DNA of 63,896 bases, counting the filler, from Folioceros fuciformis (taxonomy: Eukaryota): assembly GCA_049999805.1 (NCBI GenBank). It is 6 parts of 6 records of this genome, joined end to end, with 100 filler letters (N's around TTAATTAATTAA, not from the genome) between each part and the next. Parts side by side here need not be neighbours in the genome. Positions count along the whole stretch, not along the records: positions 1 to 23,689 come from JBNGIO010004075.1; 5 more parts are not named here. The stretch is one strand, 5' to 3'. Both the position numbers and the translations under genes were made by a program. Positions 1 through 12,039 of the stretch are shown one piece after another (the first letter of the stretch is position 1; each line of letters begins with the position of its first letter). The notes under the pieces were generated by a model. It saw only the letters and a list, made by a program, of their open reading frames with translations. It was not told the DNA's origin and did not search any database.

Positions 1-101
1 AAGTAGATGGGGCGAGGATCCAGCTCGTGCTCCAGCCCAGGGTGCCGGTCCTGGTGCTGCGGCGGGAGGTCCTTGAACTTGTCGTGCTCCGGGGTCGCCA
101 T
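1..101 (-). CDS. 5' end of a glucose and ribitol dehydrogenase-like short-chain dehydrogenase (runs off the window edge)
   Basis: Manual translation from ATG at 101 gives MATPEHDKFKDLPPQHQDRHPGLEHELDPRPIY. This matches the PPQxQxxxPGxExxxDPRP leader that precedes the TGGDSGIG motif in this SDR subfamily. Not in the ORF track. Confidence 0.7.
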   Translation of the reverse strand, partial: MATPEHDKFKDLPPQHQDRHPGLEHELDPRPIY

Positions 102-1425
102 GGCCAGGCTCCTGGCAGCGCTTCGGATTCGGGCTCCAGCGTCGGGCTGATGAACCTGTCGTAGCCTTGCCGATGGGCTTCGTCCACACAACTGTCGGAA
201 TGGAGGTCCAAGCGAGTGGCAACGATTCGAGCTGGTGCTGTACGATGCAGCAAGCTTTATGGCTTGGAGGACCATCGGCTTCAGCAAGTCCGAAGGGGAC
301 GCAGCAGGTGAGATTTAGCCCACTCTTGCCTTCCTGCCTATGTGCCTGGGATTTCAGCTTGGAGCTTGGCAGCATTGAGCCTGCGATGCCACGTTGAGGG
401 CAGCTGGTAGCATGCAGGGCAGCCGTCATTCGGACACTCCACTGCTTCAGACCACGACTGGTGGCATCATGTGTGCTTCATCACTTCCTATCGGCACTGC
501 ACATGGCGACAACCGTCATCCGTTTACCGCGCGACTTTTGTCACTGCGATTCAGGACTAAGCTGAAAAATCTAGCTTGTTAAAAGGGACGTTTTCTCCTG
601 GACAAATTTTGCCGTTCAATGAAATATGTGTTCAATTGTCTCGTACAAACGCCTTTCACAGAATATATGACTGTTTTTGCTGGAAAAAAAGTTTAAATTC
701 AAAGATTTTTTTTTTGCATGCCTATTTCTATTTTTATTCAATGGTGATATAAGGCAGAAAATACATGGATCAATTATTGCCTACACATCGATACCCAATG
801 GAAGTTAATACCTGCCACAGCCCGTGCAGTATGGTTGTGCTAGGCCTTACGGCTGGTGCCAAAAGCCATTCCGTTTCGCCCAACAACGCGGCCTTACCAA
901 TTCATCCGTCTGTGAGCTGAACATGTTATGTACACCAACAGGCTATTCCGTGCGGTGTGGTGGTGCGGGCATCACGCGATAATAACCATGCGCCAATTAC
1001 GCTTACAATACCTAGCTTCGTGGCAACCACCATTAACCCTAATGTTCATTCAAGCGATTGCCCAAATTCACGTCTCCTATGTTCAAAGTTTCCCCTTACG
1101 CTGACCAAAGGGGTTCAGATTAGGCCGATGATCTTACTTGTCAAGGGCAGCTTTGATTGAGCTTAGTGTACATGGATCGTACTGAGTGCAAAAATTTTGA
1201 TGAGCGGCCTCAAGATACACCATTCATGTTGCTCACATTTTGATGGACAGAGTGGTGGACTTTGTAGTTGGTATGAGCGCAAACAAAGAACATCCAACAA
1301 ATTTCTATAAGAAGGATTCAAAGGGACCCAACAAGCTCTTGAAACCTATAACACCATGTGTCCACACAGCCTTTTCCTACACGAGGAAAGGGTTGTGTGG
1401 AGACTTCTTTGACTCTTCTAGAGAT

Positions 1426-1920
1426 AGCGGGTAGACAAAATGTGAACTGCCTTTCAAAAGCTTCTTCGGTTCATATCTCCTTCATCTTTGATTGAAACCA
1501 GGCGTGCTACACACCGGCGTGTCTATCATGTTGTAAGCTTTTTATCGAAGACTGATAAGAAAGCATTTGACTCATTTGGAGAAAGCGGGTAGACAAAAAG
1601 ATGACATGCCTTTCAAAAGCGTTTTTCGCTCATATCTCCGTCTTCTTTCATCGGAACCTAGCTTGCTTCATACCGGCTTGTCCGTCTTGTTGTAAGCTTT
1701 CCATTGAAGTATGATAAGAAAGCATTTGACTCATCTAGACAAAGCGGGTAGAGAAATAGATGGCATGCCTTTCAAAGGCTTCCTTTGCTCATATCTCTGT
1801 CACCTTTCATTGAAACTGAGCGTGCTTCACACCAGCTTGTCCGTCTTGTTGTAAGATTTCCATCGAGGTATGATAGACAAGCAATCAACTCTTCTAGTGG
1901 AAACAATGAGACAAAAAATG
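1426..1920. repeat. ~159-bp tandem repeat, 3 diverged copies, inside the MULE-like element
   Basis: AGCGGGTAGA(C/G)AAA...TTTCAAA...CTCATATCTC...TTGTAAG unit starts at ~1426, 1584 and 1743. Confidence 0.85.
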
Positions 1921-2179
1921 AACGCGCTCTCAAAGCCAGCGTTCCATTAGCGTTCCTTCCGCTCTCAACACATAAGGGTGTGTCATTCTTGTGATTTCGT
2001 GAAATTGGGTATGTTGTATCCCCGAGATATGGGCCCCAAGGCGTATCCTACAGGATGCGCATGGTCACACCATTATACGCCTGTGCATCTTGAGGGTCGT
2101 CATTGCGCATTCTAGGTGTGAAGCAAAAACGGGTGACCCGGATCTCGAGTACACTATACAATGCGTAGTCGTTTCATGG

Positions 2180-2320
2180 CTGAAGACCTTCAGGCTCATC
2201 ACCTCTAGCCGAAGACCTTCGAGTCGGCTCATCGCTGAAGACCTTCAGGCTCATCACCTCTGGCCGAAGACCTTCGAGTTGGCTCATTGTTGAAGACCTT
2301 CAAGCTCATCACCTCTAACC
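2180..2320. repeat. 55-bp tandem repeat x2.5, subterminal in the Harbinger
   Basis: TGAAGACCTTCAGGCTCATCACCTCT unit at 2181, 2236 and 2291. Confidence 0.9.
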
Positions 2321-2557
2321 CGCCTGCGTTGAAAGCCCGTGTTGCAGTCCCCCAAGCTCATGATGAGCTCCCCCAGCGTGTGGTCCGGGTGCTGTTGTAT
2401 GTGCCTTTCTCAGAGCTGGGAAGTTGTTTTGTGGTAAGTGGCGATTGACAAGTACATGTAGAGTGCCTTCTACTTGCCTTGCCTCAATCTAGTGTTGTGG
2501 CCTCTCTTTGTGCAGGTACCTAACAAGACTCTCTGTGGGCAAGATTGCAGTACAAGT

Positions 2558-3935
2558 ATGGACAGTTTCTTAGACCCGTTAACTCAGCCTCTTGCCCAAA
2601 AGCAAACCCGGAAGAAGGGTATGCCCAATGATGCATCAATTATTAACAAAAAGGCACATCTCAACCATGTAGATTATGCTACAATTGTGACATAGTTAGA
2701 AAATCCGGCTAATAGAAGCATGCTTTGAGGAGAGGAAGGTAAGACTTCCATTGGGATGACATGTGTACCAGCTACTATAGGATATAAAAAACTAGCTGAT
2801 CATGTCACTCTAGCTAGCAAGGGTCGCCTTATGCTAGATGATAAGGCGATGCGAGAGAGGTTCAAGACTCACAAGCAGAGATACACAAAGACAAAGGCCC
2901 TCCTCGAGACTACGGTTTTGGTTTGGATGAATCTGATAGAGCTAAAGGGGTTCACACCATTGAGCGAAAGGTTGAGATGTTATGTCCTTTTTTATATAGA
3001 ATGAACAAACTGTTTAGTAGCAGGGCAAACATTGAGCCTCGTTTTGAATACGATCAGGGGGTTGAAGGCACATCAGGAGGTCAGCTGCATCGTTCCTTGG
3101 ATGAAGACATGCCAATCCTCCTTGAAGCTGAGGTTAATGCAAATAATCTTGAGCAGAACCTAAAGAGCATCCAATAGGGTTTCACTATGCCCTCACAACT
3201 TAATGATACAACAAGAGATGTAGAATGCTTCACTAGTATGCTTAATGCTACAGAGGATTTGGATAGTATGTATAGGGATCATGAAGTAACAGATCTTGAT
3301 TCTCTAGCTGACAATGATACCATGATTGGTGCTTCCATGCAACTTGGTGACAATGAACTACAGGGACTTAAAGTTGGGAGTCAGCGAAAGAGTTTGCCCT
3401 CTCCATCATCTACCAGTTCACACAAAGTGAAGGGTGATGCTGGAAAAGTGGATAGTAGGAGGGCACCAGCCAAACTTGATGCAGGTCCAAGTACACGTGA
3501 TAACAAAAGCACCAACTCTTTTGCACACTCTTTCCATATGGCTGCCAAGGCCAAAGCACGAAGTAAGTTGTGGCTTCGAAGCACTTGTTTTCAATGGCAA
3601 ACCAACAATATTCTTGTCGTATAATAATATTTCTTGTAATGATAGTGCGACAAGCAATAGAGACAGAGAAGTTGGCATGGGAGAAAGAAAGATTCCAAGT
3701 GTAACAAACTGCAATGAGAGAGGAGAGAGAATCACAACAAGTTGCACAATGGGAAGAGAGACATTTGAAACTGGAAATTGCCAAAGAGGACAACAAAACC
3801 AAGCTTGAGATATAGCGAATGGAGTTGTGGAAGTCCGTTCTTGATGCAAAGTTGGATCGAGAAGAAATGAAGGACATCATTCAGAAGTTGGAAAAGAATT
3901 TTGGCAATGATAAGAGTCTGTAGATGGCCGTTCAA
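2558..3935 (+). pseudogene. Harbinger ORF1 (Myb/SANT-like DNA-binding protein with coiled-coil tail), with stops and frameshifts
   Basis: Joined fragments read ...GYKKLADHV...MRERFKTHKQRYTKTK...GFGLDESDRAKGVHTIERKVEMLCPFLYRMNKLFSSRANIEP..., then a low-complexity linker and an E/K/R-rich tail. It is convergent with the transposase, inside the TIRs. Confidence 0.7.
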
Positions 3936-3944
3936 AGTAACAGT

Positions 3945-5251
3945 TCATACATGAGTTAACGGCAATACATCTCTCTCATAATTTCTAGCTAGTACTTTGG
4001 GCTTTAAAACTTCAAGAAAGCTTGCAGCTGTATTTCCATAAACTTGTGTCGGGTCATCTAGTGCATTCAACATATGATCTTCCTCATGATGAAGCTCATT
4101 CCAAGCATCCCCAAGGTTGGCCAACATGTTGTGTAGGAGGCAATATGCAACAACCCACCTAGATATTTGTCTGATGTCCTCTTCACATTTGATTTGGCAT
4201 CGTAGCTCTCGCAGAGATCCTCATTTGGACTTCAATACGTTAATGCAATGCTCATTTCGAACTTTGCTTTTAGATAAGCAATAATTGAACTCTACATTCT
4301 CCCTAGAGGAAGGAGCTCGATATGATGGAATACAAAAATGTGACACTGAATATACGGAATCTCTTAGAAGGTATTGCCCTGCCGAGAAATGAGCTCTTGG
4401 ACCCTTATAAATACTCATTCTTTGAAACACAAATACATCATGATTAGAGCCAGGACAACCAACATGTAGAGAAGTAATTCTTTGTCTACATCACAGACAA
4501 CTTAGAGGTTCATAGAATACCTATACACAAAACATAGTATTGGAATCATAAATCAAGCATGTTGGAGGTCTTTGATGTTTTTGAAATGTTAAAGGCACAC
4601 CTTCGTTTCCTATCAAAATATTGCTCGCTGCCAATAACAGGCTTTTGTGATAACGACAAAGTTGTCCCGTCAATGAAGCCAACGCATCCCTCAAAACCCT
4701 CTAAGCACATCACTTCACTAATCTCAGAATGCCTACTCTCATCTAGCCATTTCATCCACTGATGGCGCATATCAAGCAAAGCAGTGATCACATGTTAGAT
4801 CCATTTTACAACTATGCTATGGCCAATGTGAAATAGTTGACATATTTTTCCAATGCTTGCTCCATTTTTTGCAGCTCCAAATCTACATAAAGTAACTCCC
4901 AATGGCCAAGCAACTTGACTCTGAGAACAATTGGAGTTTGTTAAAGAAAACTTGGTTGTTGCTAAGGAAGGTGCAGAGCGACTTGAAACCCTGATGTGAA
5001 GTACGTAGCAATTGTCTAAACTCATCTCGATCCATGTTAGAAAGTGTGGATGACCACAAGTACAAGGGGCGATGACGTTTGCCTTTCACATTCACAAGTC
5101 GAGATGCTTCAGCAAGCATATATAAATAAGAGAGAGTTTCTTCCTCATTAGACGAATCCTCCTCCTCTGAAGTGTCGTTGAGCAAACTTGTAATGGCCAT
5201 AACTTTCTCCAAGTCCAATAAAAATTGCTTCCGGAGTGAGCGGTATGACAT
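3945..5251 (-). pseudogene. Harbinger/PIF DDE transposase (HARBI1/DDE_Tnp_4), disrupted
   Basis: Motifs FRQLLRTS, TLCRFG..NGAS, GFEGCVGFIDGT, YFDRKRR / YSMNL*VVCD, GCPGSNHD, QYLLRDSVY, FNYCLSKSKVRNEHCINVLK. Probable intron at ~4522-4600. Confidence 0.9.
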
Positions 5252-5675
5252 AGTGATGGGCCACAACACTCAGAGTAATCAACACCAAACCCTTGGCAAG
5301 CCATTCAGTGATGCATTAGAAGGTGGGCAGCCTAGAGGGATCCAAGCAAGAGCGATTTGGAGAAAGAGCGAGGAGATGAGAAGCAAGAGCGATTTGGAGG
5401 GAGAGCAAGGGCGATAAGCAACACTGCACCTATACGGGTGGGTCGCACCTTGGTCACATGGGGATGGAATAGTGGGTGGCGTATGAGTCCACGAAGTATT
5501 ACGTATCAGCGAAATCTATTAGGGTACCCCCTAGTGGATTCGGCGAAGCTCAAATACTTACGTATTTGATCTAATACATAAGTATTGTACGATGGCATGT
5601 CTCGACCAAATACGACACAAACCAATAAGAATGACATGCCCTATGAAGTTCATTGTAACCGAGAAACTCTACAAG

Positions 5676-5853
5676 CTGATAAGCGCATGGTTTATTATCG
5701 CGTGATCCAAGCATGGTTCATGCACTGATAAGCGCATGGTTTATTATCGCATGATCCAAGCATGGTTCATGCACNNNNNNNNNNATAAGCGCATGGTTTA
5801 TTATCGCATGATCCAAGCATGGTTCATGCACGCATGGTTTACCATCGCGTGAT
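5676..5853. repeat. 49-bp tandem repeat (3-4 copies, spans a 10-N gap) at the inner end of the right MULE TIR
   Basis: CTGATAAGCGCATGGTTTATTATCGC(G/A)TGATCCAAGCATGGTTCATGCA at 5676, 5725 and ~5785. The core is the inverse of 971-992. Confidence 0.85.
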
Positions 5854-6204
5854 CGCACGATGCAAGACCGCGTTCAACTCATGGGACGAAGGATGAGAAC
5901 TGGTAAGGCCGCATCGTTGGGCGAAACGAAATGGTGCCGTAAGGCCTAGCACAGCCATACTGCACCGGCTGTGGCAGGCATTAACTTCCATCGGGTATCG
6001 ATGTGTAGGCTCAATTATTGCTATGAGTATGGTTTAAGAACACGTATAATAATCTAGCCTAACATACTTTGAGTTCACAAAGTCTAGTTTACCGAGATGG
6101 CTAATATTCTTGATCTTACATATGTGTGGAGCATCTTCCATGGATAGTGAACTCAAGATATTCGGTTTGACATCTTGGGGGAACCCTACATGTAAGGGTC
6201 ATTG

Positions 6205-6525
6205 TGTAGGTTTTTTTCTTGCCCTAGGGTGTACCAAGCCATTAGTATTGTTGCACCTAGATTGACCTAGATATAGTCATGAACTAGATTATAGTCTCCC
6301 ACAGCGTGTCTAGGTTTTTTTCTTGCCCTAGGTGTACCGAGCCATTAATATTGTTGTACCTAGATTGACCTAGATATAGTCATGACCTATAGTCATGAAC
6401 TAGATTATAGTCTCCCACAGCGTGTCTAGGTTTTTTTCTTGCCCTAGGTGTACGGAGCCATTATTATTGTTGTACCTAGATTAACCTAGATATAGTCATG
6501 ACCTAGATTATAGTCTCCCACAACG
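6205..6525. repeat. ~104-116-bp tandem repeat x3
   Basis: TAGGTTTTTTTCTTGCCCTAGG...CCTAGATATAGTCATGA...TAGTCTCCCACA repeated at ~6205, 6309 and 6425. Confidence 0.9.
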
Positions 6526-7430
6526 TAACCTCTGTAGTGCCCTCGTTGATGTACCTAGAGGCTTGCACAAAGTTCATTGAATGATTCATTAAGGATATAT
6601 AGGCCCCGAGTGACCCCTCTCCCTCTTGCAAACCTGTAGACACAACGTACCTACATAGGCCATACCAATTTTTCTTGCTATCCAATTGCTCCGATATTAG
6701 CAACATTGTAGGAAGTGAGGACCTCATGCCTTTGCTTGCTTTGTGGGGACCATCATGGTTGTTGTTGCTACTAAAGAAGCTTCAAACAATAACTCCCACA
6801 TTCTCCATAATCATCCTGCCATCTTGGGAACATAGGTTGTCTTCATAGCTATCTCCAAGTTGGCTTGTCCGATCATAACATACAAATTTGTGGTGTCATG
6901 CACAAATCATTGCCGCACCATGCGTTTTTTATCACACTCTTTCCTCCAAAAAAGCTTCTTTAGATCTATCTAAGGATCAAAACTCTAAGATCCGACATAA
7001 TTCAAAAAAAGAAGAAGCATTACTGATATTAATTAATGAGTATTAATATTGATATTAATTTATATTTTTTAGTCTCTAAGAAGAATATAACATAACACCT
7101 AGCATACTTTGAGACTTTCAAAAAACAATTAGATAGGTGGTTAGAGTTAAGATTTAGAGATAATTAAATAATATAGTTGTACGCACCTGCAAAAACTTGC
7201 CGCAATCGCGCTAGTACAGACATGAATCAGAGGAATCTCTTCCGTAAGGATCCCCCGATAGGTTCGCCTATGGCTCAACGTTCCAAGGGATGCGATGCCG
7301 GTGCACGCCATAACACGGCGTCAGCTTTATTCCTTCCACATGCTCAAGTGTGACAATCTGGCTCCACAAGAGCTAAATATGTTGAGTGCTACATGGATCG
7401 GTGGATTCAATCCATATCACACCACGGATC

Positions 7431-8105
7431 ATGGCGGGTGCACCAGTGCCGTTGGCCTTCCTGCTTGTCCTCAGCTTGACACTGGGTGCAAAGCAGATGC
7501 GTTCACTGGCATTCAGTATGTGCGTGGCGGATTTGAGTCAACAAAGGACGGTGAACTTTGGTTATCCTTGGTATCCGTGCATGCCTGACAACAATGTCGT
7601 TCCCGCCGCTTTCAAATATGCTGACCTGAAGGATAGAAGGGACACAACAAACGCATTCAACGCTTCAGCGACATTCGGAGGCGTCGAAAACTGGCCGGGA
7701 CTGAACACGCTGGGAATGAGCATAGCGCGCCTGGATCTGGCACCGGGAGGCGTAATTCCGCCGCACACTCATCCGGAGGCCTCTGAGCTACTGTTCGTGC
7801 TGGAAGGCGTTTTGCACACTGGATTTGTGAGCTATGACAATAAGTTGTATGCTCAAACTGTGCACAAAGGGGAGGCCTTTATCTTTCCCAAGGGTTTGCT
7901 TCACTTCCAACACAACACGGGGACGGCGCATGTCTCCAGCATAAGCGTCTTGAATGCGGAGCGTCCCGGGCTTCAAATGCTGCCAACAGCTCTGTTCGCA
8001 TCTGCATTGAGCCCCGAGCTCGTGTCGAAGTCTGTTTTTATCAGTGATAAGGAGGCATTGCTCGAAGGGAAGCTGGTGCAGGAGAAGTATGCGACTTTCA
8101 TGTAA
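7431..8105 (+). CDS. GLP: Germin-like protein (cupin), secreted, intronless
   Basis: Hydrophobic signal peptide from ATG 7431, CVAD...C pair, PGLNTLGMSIARLDLAPGGVIPPHTHPEASE (germin box B) and FIFPKGLLHFQHN (box C). Confidence 0.95.
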   Translation: MAGAPVPLAFLLVLSLTLGAKQMRSLAFSMCVADLSQQRTVNFGYPWYPCMPDNNVVPAAFKYADLKDRRDTTNAFNASATFGGVENWPGLNTLGMSIARLDLAPGGVIPPHTHPEASELLFVLEGVLHTGFVSYDNKLYAQTVHKGEAFIFPKGLLHFQHNTGTAHVSSISVLNAERPGLQMLPTALFASALSPELVSKSVFISDKEALLEGKLVQEKYATFM

Positions 8106-8648
8106 CTACACCCTACACCCTAACCTTTCTTTTTTTTGTCTTCATTTATTAAGTTTTGGAATTAACTCCTTGAACGATGGAAGTACAAAACTGCACATTC
8201 TAATTCTCGTTGGTGAAGGACGCGCTTTTAGGACATCTTCTTCCACTCTGGGCCATACATCATATGTTCGTGTAGGTTGAACTGTTTGGAAATAGAGGAT
8301 TTATGCTGACCGAGAATAATACTTGCACAGGAGCGAGTCTGGAATTTGGTGACCAGCAACTTGTTTCAACACCTAGGGGCGCTTTGGCCATGACGGAGCA
8401 CCGACCATTTGTAATCTGCTGGTGCCAGCAGGAGAGTTCTGCACTGCGACAACCTCATAGCGCGGTAGGAGAACTAGTTTATGCGAGATACGAAACTAAG
8501 CATGTCGTAGTCAGCAAGTAGCACAACACCGACCAGAGGCAGCAAATAGTTGCAGCTGATCAAAGTTCTTGTGAAAGGTCATCTACCGATAAAGTTGTCA
8601 GATATTAAGCATCCGTGCAGCCGATAATAGATCTTTAGCCGTCGGCAG

Positions 8649-11419
8649 TCAATGTCTTATACTCTCCGTCCATATACCCATGTGACCAAGCAGCAGTGAA
8701 ATGTGAGATATAAACTCTCCGTCCAGCAGAAACAGCTGAAGCCGATGTTCGGGTCTCTGAGAAACAGCAATATTGATGAGGAAGTCGGTCCATACTTCAG
8801 CTAGAAGAGCCCACCGCTTCTGACTGTCTAGGTGCTTTATCAACAAGTGTGCAAGAACCCGCCCAGCTTGCCACGGCTCCGGTCTCAGACCATCCAAATC
8901 TCCCGAGTACCTGTGTGTCACATCGTCGATGTATCTCTTGGCTTTGCTTCCTGTCAGCAACCTTTTCAGTGGGTCTGTTGAACCAAGAAGGATCCCTTGA
9001 AGCTCCGTAACTGATCGTGCATACTTATCCCTGGCCGAGTGTGACAGGAGGATGTCCGCCTTCTCCACCAGCAAGTAGAGGACGTACCTTGATATATGCC
9101 TCGCCATCTCCATGGTTTCGGCCCATGAGAATGTGACAGTTTCCTCATCAATTTGTTCCATGAACCCGGACATAATCCGCCTAAATAGACACCAGGCAGA
9201 GCACGTTTTTCCCGGTGGTGCCACAGTCTCAATCTCACACAAGCTAGTAGCTATCTCCCATGCTACCAGTGCACTGACAAGGTCTGTTGCACTTGCCCAC
9301 CTGAAAAACCTGCTATGGCTATGGTGGCTCAGAGAGTATCCAGTCACCTGAGCCAAGGAGTGTTTAATTGCTTCATCCTGCGTTCCCGGCTTGCAAAGTG
9401 AGCAGCGCTGGAGAACTCTGTCCAGGAGAAAAGCTTCAACCACGCGCACTTTCACTCCATACAGCATCAACGGCTTCTTGCTCCTTGAAATCTGTGAAAC
9501 TTGACCCATCTTGTTTGTCCTGTACCCTGTTTCAGCCTTTGCACAGTATAACGAGCTTGACAAATTGCAGAGTGACAATACTGCTAGTAGGTTCCAAGCT
9601 TTGACTGTGCAAACACCTACAAGAAGTTTGAACACATCATCAGGCAATTTGCACTTAGCCTTTTCCACACGTCCACTCAATTTCTCATGTAGTCTGTTGC
9701 TTTCTCGGATTCCAATCACGTACATGCAAGCCAACCAGACAGCTGTCCAGTCAGACTGGATCAGCCTGACGAGCTGCCACACCTGAATAAAAATCCCACA
9801 AGCAAATGAGAGACCTGTGATCAATCCTCCGTCACCCTTCCCACCAAGAGTTGATATGATAGCTGACGCTACGAGTATAATCAGGAAGGAGAGTCCTTGC
9901 AATATAACCATAATCCACTGGCTATCTGTACCGAATGATTTCTTCTGGCTGCTCTCCACCACAAAGCGAAGCTCCGCATCAAGCATTCGGATTATTAAGT
10001 CCGTGCCATCAACCCTCTGGCTCAATTCTGCAGCAAAAAACGTGTGGATCATCTGCCGCTCCTCATTAAGCATCTCAAGCCCGGTCAAGCGTCCTCTAAG
10101 CATCTTAAAAAGGGCGAAAGCTGCACATGTGTCCGCAACATTCAGTCCATTCCTCGTTTCCCGTTTCAGTAGAAGAGCGTATGGCTGTTCCAACATCTCC
10201 GAAAGCAGCACAACTCCGGTAAGGAGTTGGATCCTTCCAGAAACCCCTCCACCGCAGAAGCAGCTAGGCTGCTTCCCCAGCAAGTCATGATAAGCTTCTT
10301 GCTCCCCTTGCACAAAGAAGTTATACCTAGGGGAACGGGAATGTGCAGCCTGAGACAAACGTGATTCAAGATCCATCACCATTTGCTGTCTCAAGGCAAG
10401 GTAGTTCAAGTGAGCAGCCGCAGATTTCTTCAGAGCGATGACCCGCTCCATGCACCTGTAAGTTCCAGCCAAACCTAGCACCACTACACTCAGACAGTGG
10501 CAATCCCAACTGCGGCATACTGATTCATACATCACTTTGAAAATACTCCCAACCTGCACATCTCCCGGGCCCCAGTAGTGCATGCATGTCAGAGGTCTTT
10601 GACGCTGAGAAGCCTCAGAAATAAATGCACAACATCTGCGAGGATTCTCTGTGAACATAACTCACCTGGACTGACAGGCTGACAGCTCGTTCCCACCTAA
10701 GGTCGTCGTCTTCATAAGAGCAGTACGTGCTACTGCCGTCGGAGCCACCAAGATTGAAGAGCAGAATTGCAAGCGACACATCATCCACATGCCTCATATT
10801 CAATTCATGTGCCTCCAGAAAAGCTTGCACTGTGCATATAGCGAGCACATATTCCGCGTTAAATGCCAAGAGCCCAAGCTGTGCCGCAAAGGACTGCTGG
10901 TCATTACGGCGAGGGAAGAACCGAAGCAGCTGGAGAACCATGCACAGAAGCATCAACCCATTCAGCACCACTGCAAGAGTTCCCTTCGACAGAAGCTTGA
11001 GGTGTTCCAGCACATTGAACTCTCGTAAAAGTGGGAAGAGGAATTTCCGAAGCACCAAGGTGGATACCACAAACAACCCCTTCGCAGTGGAAACCCATGA
11101 GATTCTGCATAGAAATCCCCAGCAGTCAGAACCTGCTCAACTAACGTGAAATCCAACATTAACATTAAATCGCCCACAAGCGTATCATCCATGGAACATG
11201 GAAACGCCCACGATCCTATCATCAAATATGGGATGCCCACAATCCTGTCTTCAAATTTGCCACCTCTCTCCCCATACCTGCTAATCGACATCCTGATTGG
11301 TGCTCCAAGCCTGTCGTGAAAATCCCAGGAGGGCGTTCCCAATCCCAGAGTGGATCACGCAGCAGCATGCAGCGATGGCGGAAGGGCGTCAACCAGGAAC
11401 TGCCGCCATTGCCCTCCAT
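8649..11419 (-). CDS. DUF4220 + DUF594 family membrane protein (probably 3 exons)
   Basis: C-terminus RWALLAEVWTDFLINIAVS..EHRLQL..DGEFISHISLLLGHMGI is a DUF594 pattern. ISRYVLYLLVEKADIL and multiple TM segments fit DUF4220. A GT-AG intron at 10665-10554 joins ...SLSVQ to VGSIFK... in frame. An upstream exon from ATG 11419 also splices in frame but is less certain. Confidence 0.8.
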
Positions 11420-12039
11420 CTCGCCTTCAGGATGGAACTCGTGAAGCAGGAAACACGCGGAGAGTACTTCCGACAAGATCGGAGGCAATCTGGGACAATA
11501 CGCCTCGGAAGTTGTGACTTGTGAAGCCCGTATGCCAGCGCGTATCAGAGATTTTGCGACTGTTTCCCCAAACAACGAACATGTACATGTCCTGGCAGTT
11601 GGTGGCTCTGATGACAGCGTGCTGCAGCCTGCGACTGGTCAGTTCAGGACGCGGAGGGAAAGAGAATGTCCGGCATGAGAAAGCCACATGGCTTCCTCCT
11701 CTTTCCGCACAACGAACGGATCGGCTACCAGGCGAAGAGGATACAGCAACGGGCCACTTCATCTTTTCCAAAAACCGGTGAGGCTGATTTTATGCTTAAA
11801 GCTTTTAGTGCTTACCGTCAGGGGTCAGTCGCGGTACAGGATGGCTAGCAAAATCTGAATATGTACATGCGATGAGAGCTCAGTTCGGAGTTTGGACTGG
11901 ATGAGCCTTAGTACGGATGTCTGGAGGTGCGCTACAGGATCAGAAGAGAAGCGGGAGCTTGGCTGGCTGTTCCTCTCCAGTCACAGAGACTCCAGGTACC
12001 GATGTACGTACATTTCCCTCTCATGATGATGATCACAAG

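Larger units (their letters stand above)
1976..5641. mobile_element. PIF/Harbinger DNA transposon, decayed, two convergent ORFs
   Basis: TIRs GGGTGTGTCATTCTT (1976-1990) and AAGAATGACATGCCC (5627-5641) match at 13/15. Flanked by TAA (1973-1975) and TAT (5642-5644). Contains a DDE_Tnp_4 transposase and a Myb/SANT-like ORF1. Confidence 0.85.
779..6010. mobile_element. Mutator-like (MULE) non-autonomous DNA transposon with long TIRs, containing a nested Harbinger
   Basis: 779-~990 (GCCTACACATCGATACCCAATGGAAGTTAATACCTGCCACAGCC...) is the inverted complement of ~5830-6010 (...GGCATTAACTTCCATCGGGTATCGATGTGTAGGC). A perfect 9-bp direct repeat TCAATTATT flanks it at 770-778 and 6011-6019. No MuDR transposase is recognisable inside. 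Confidence 0.85.
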
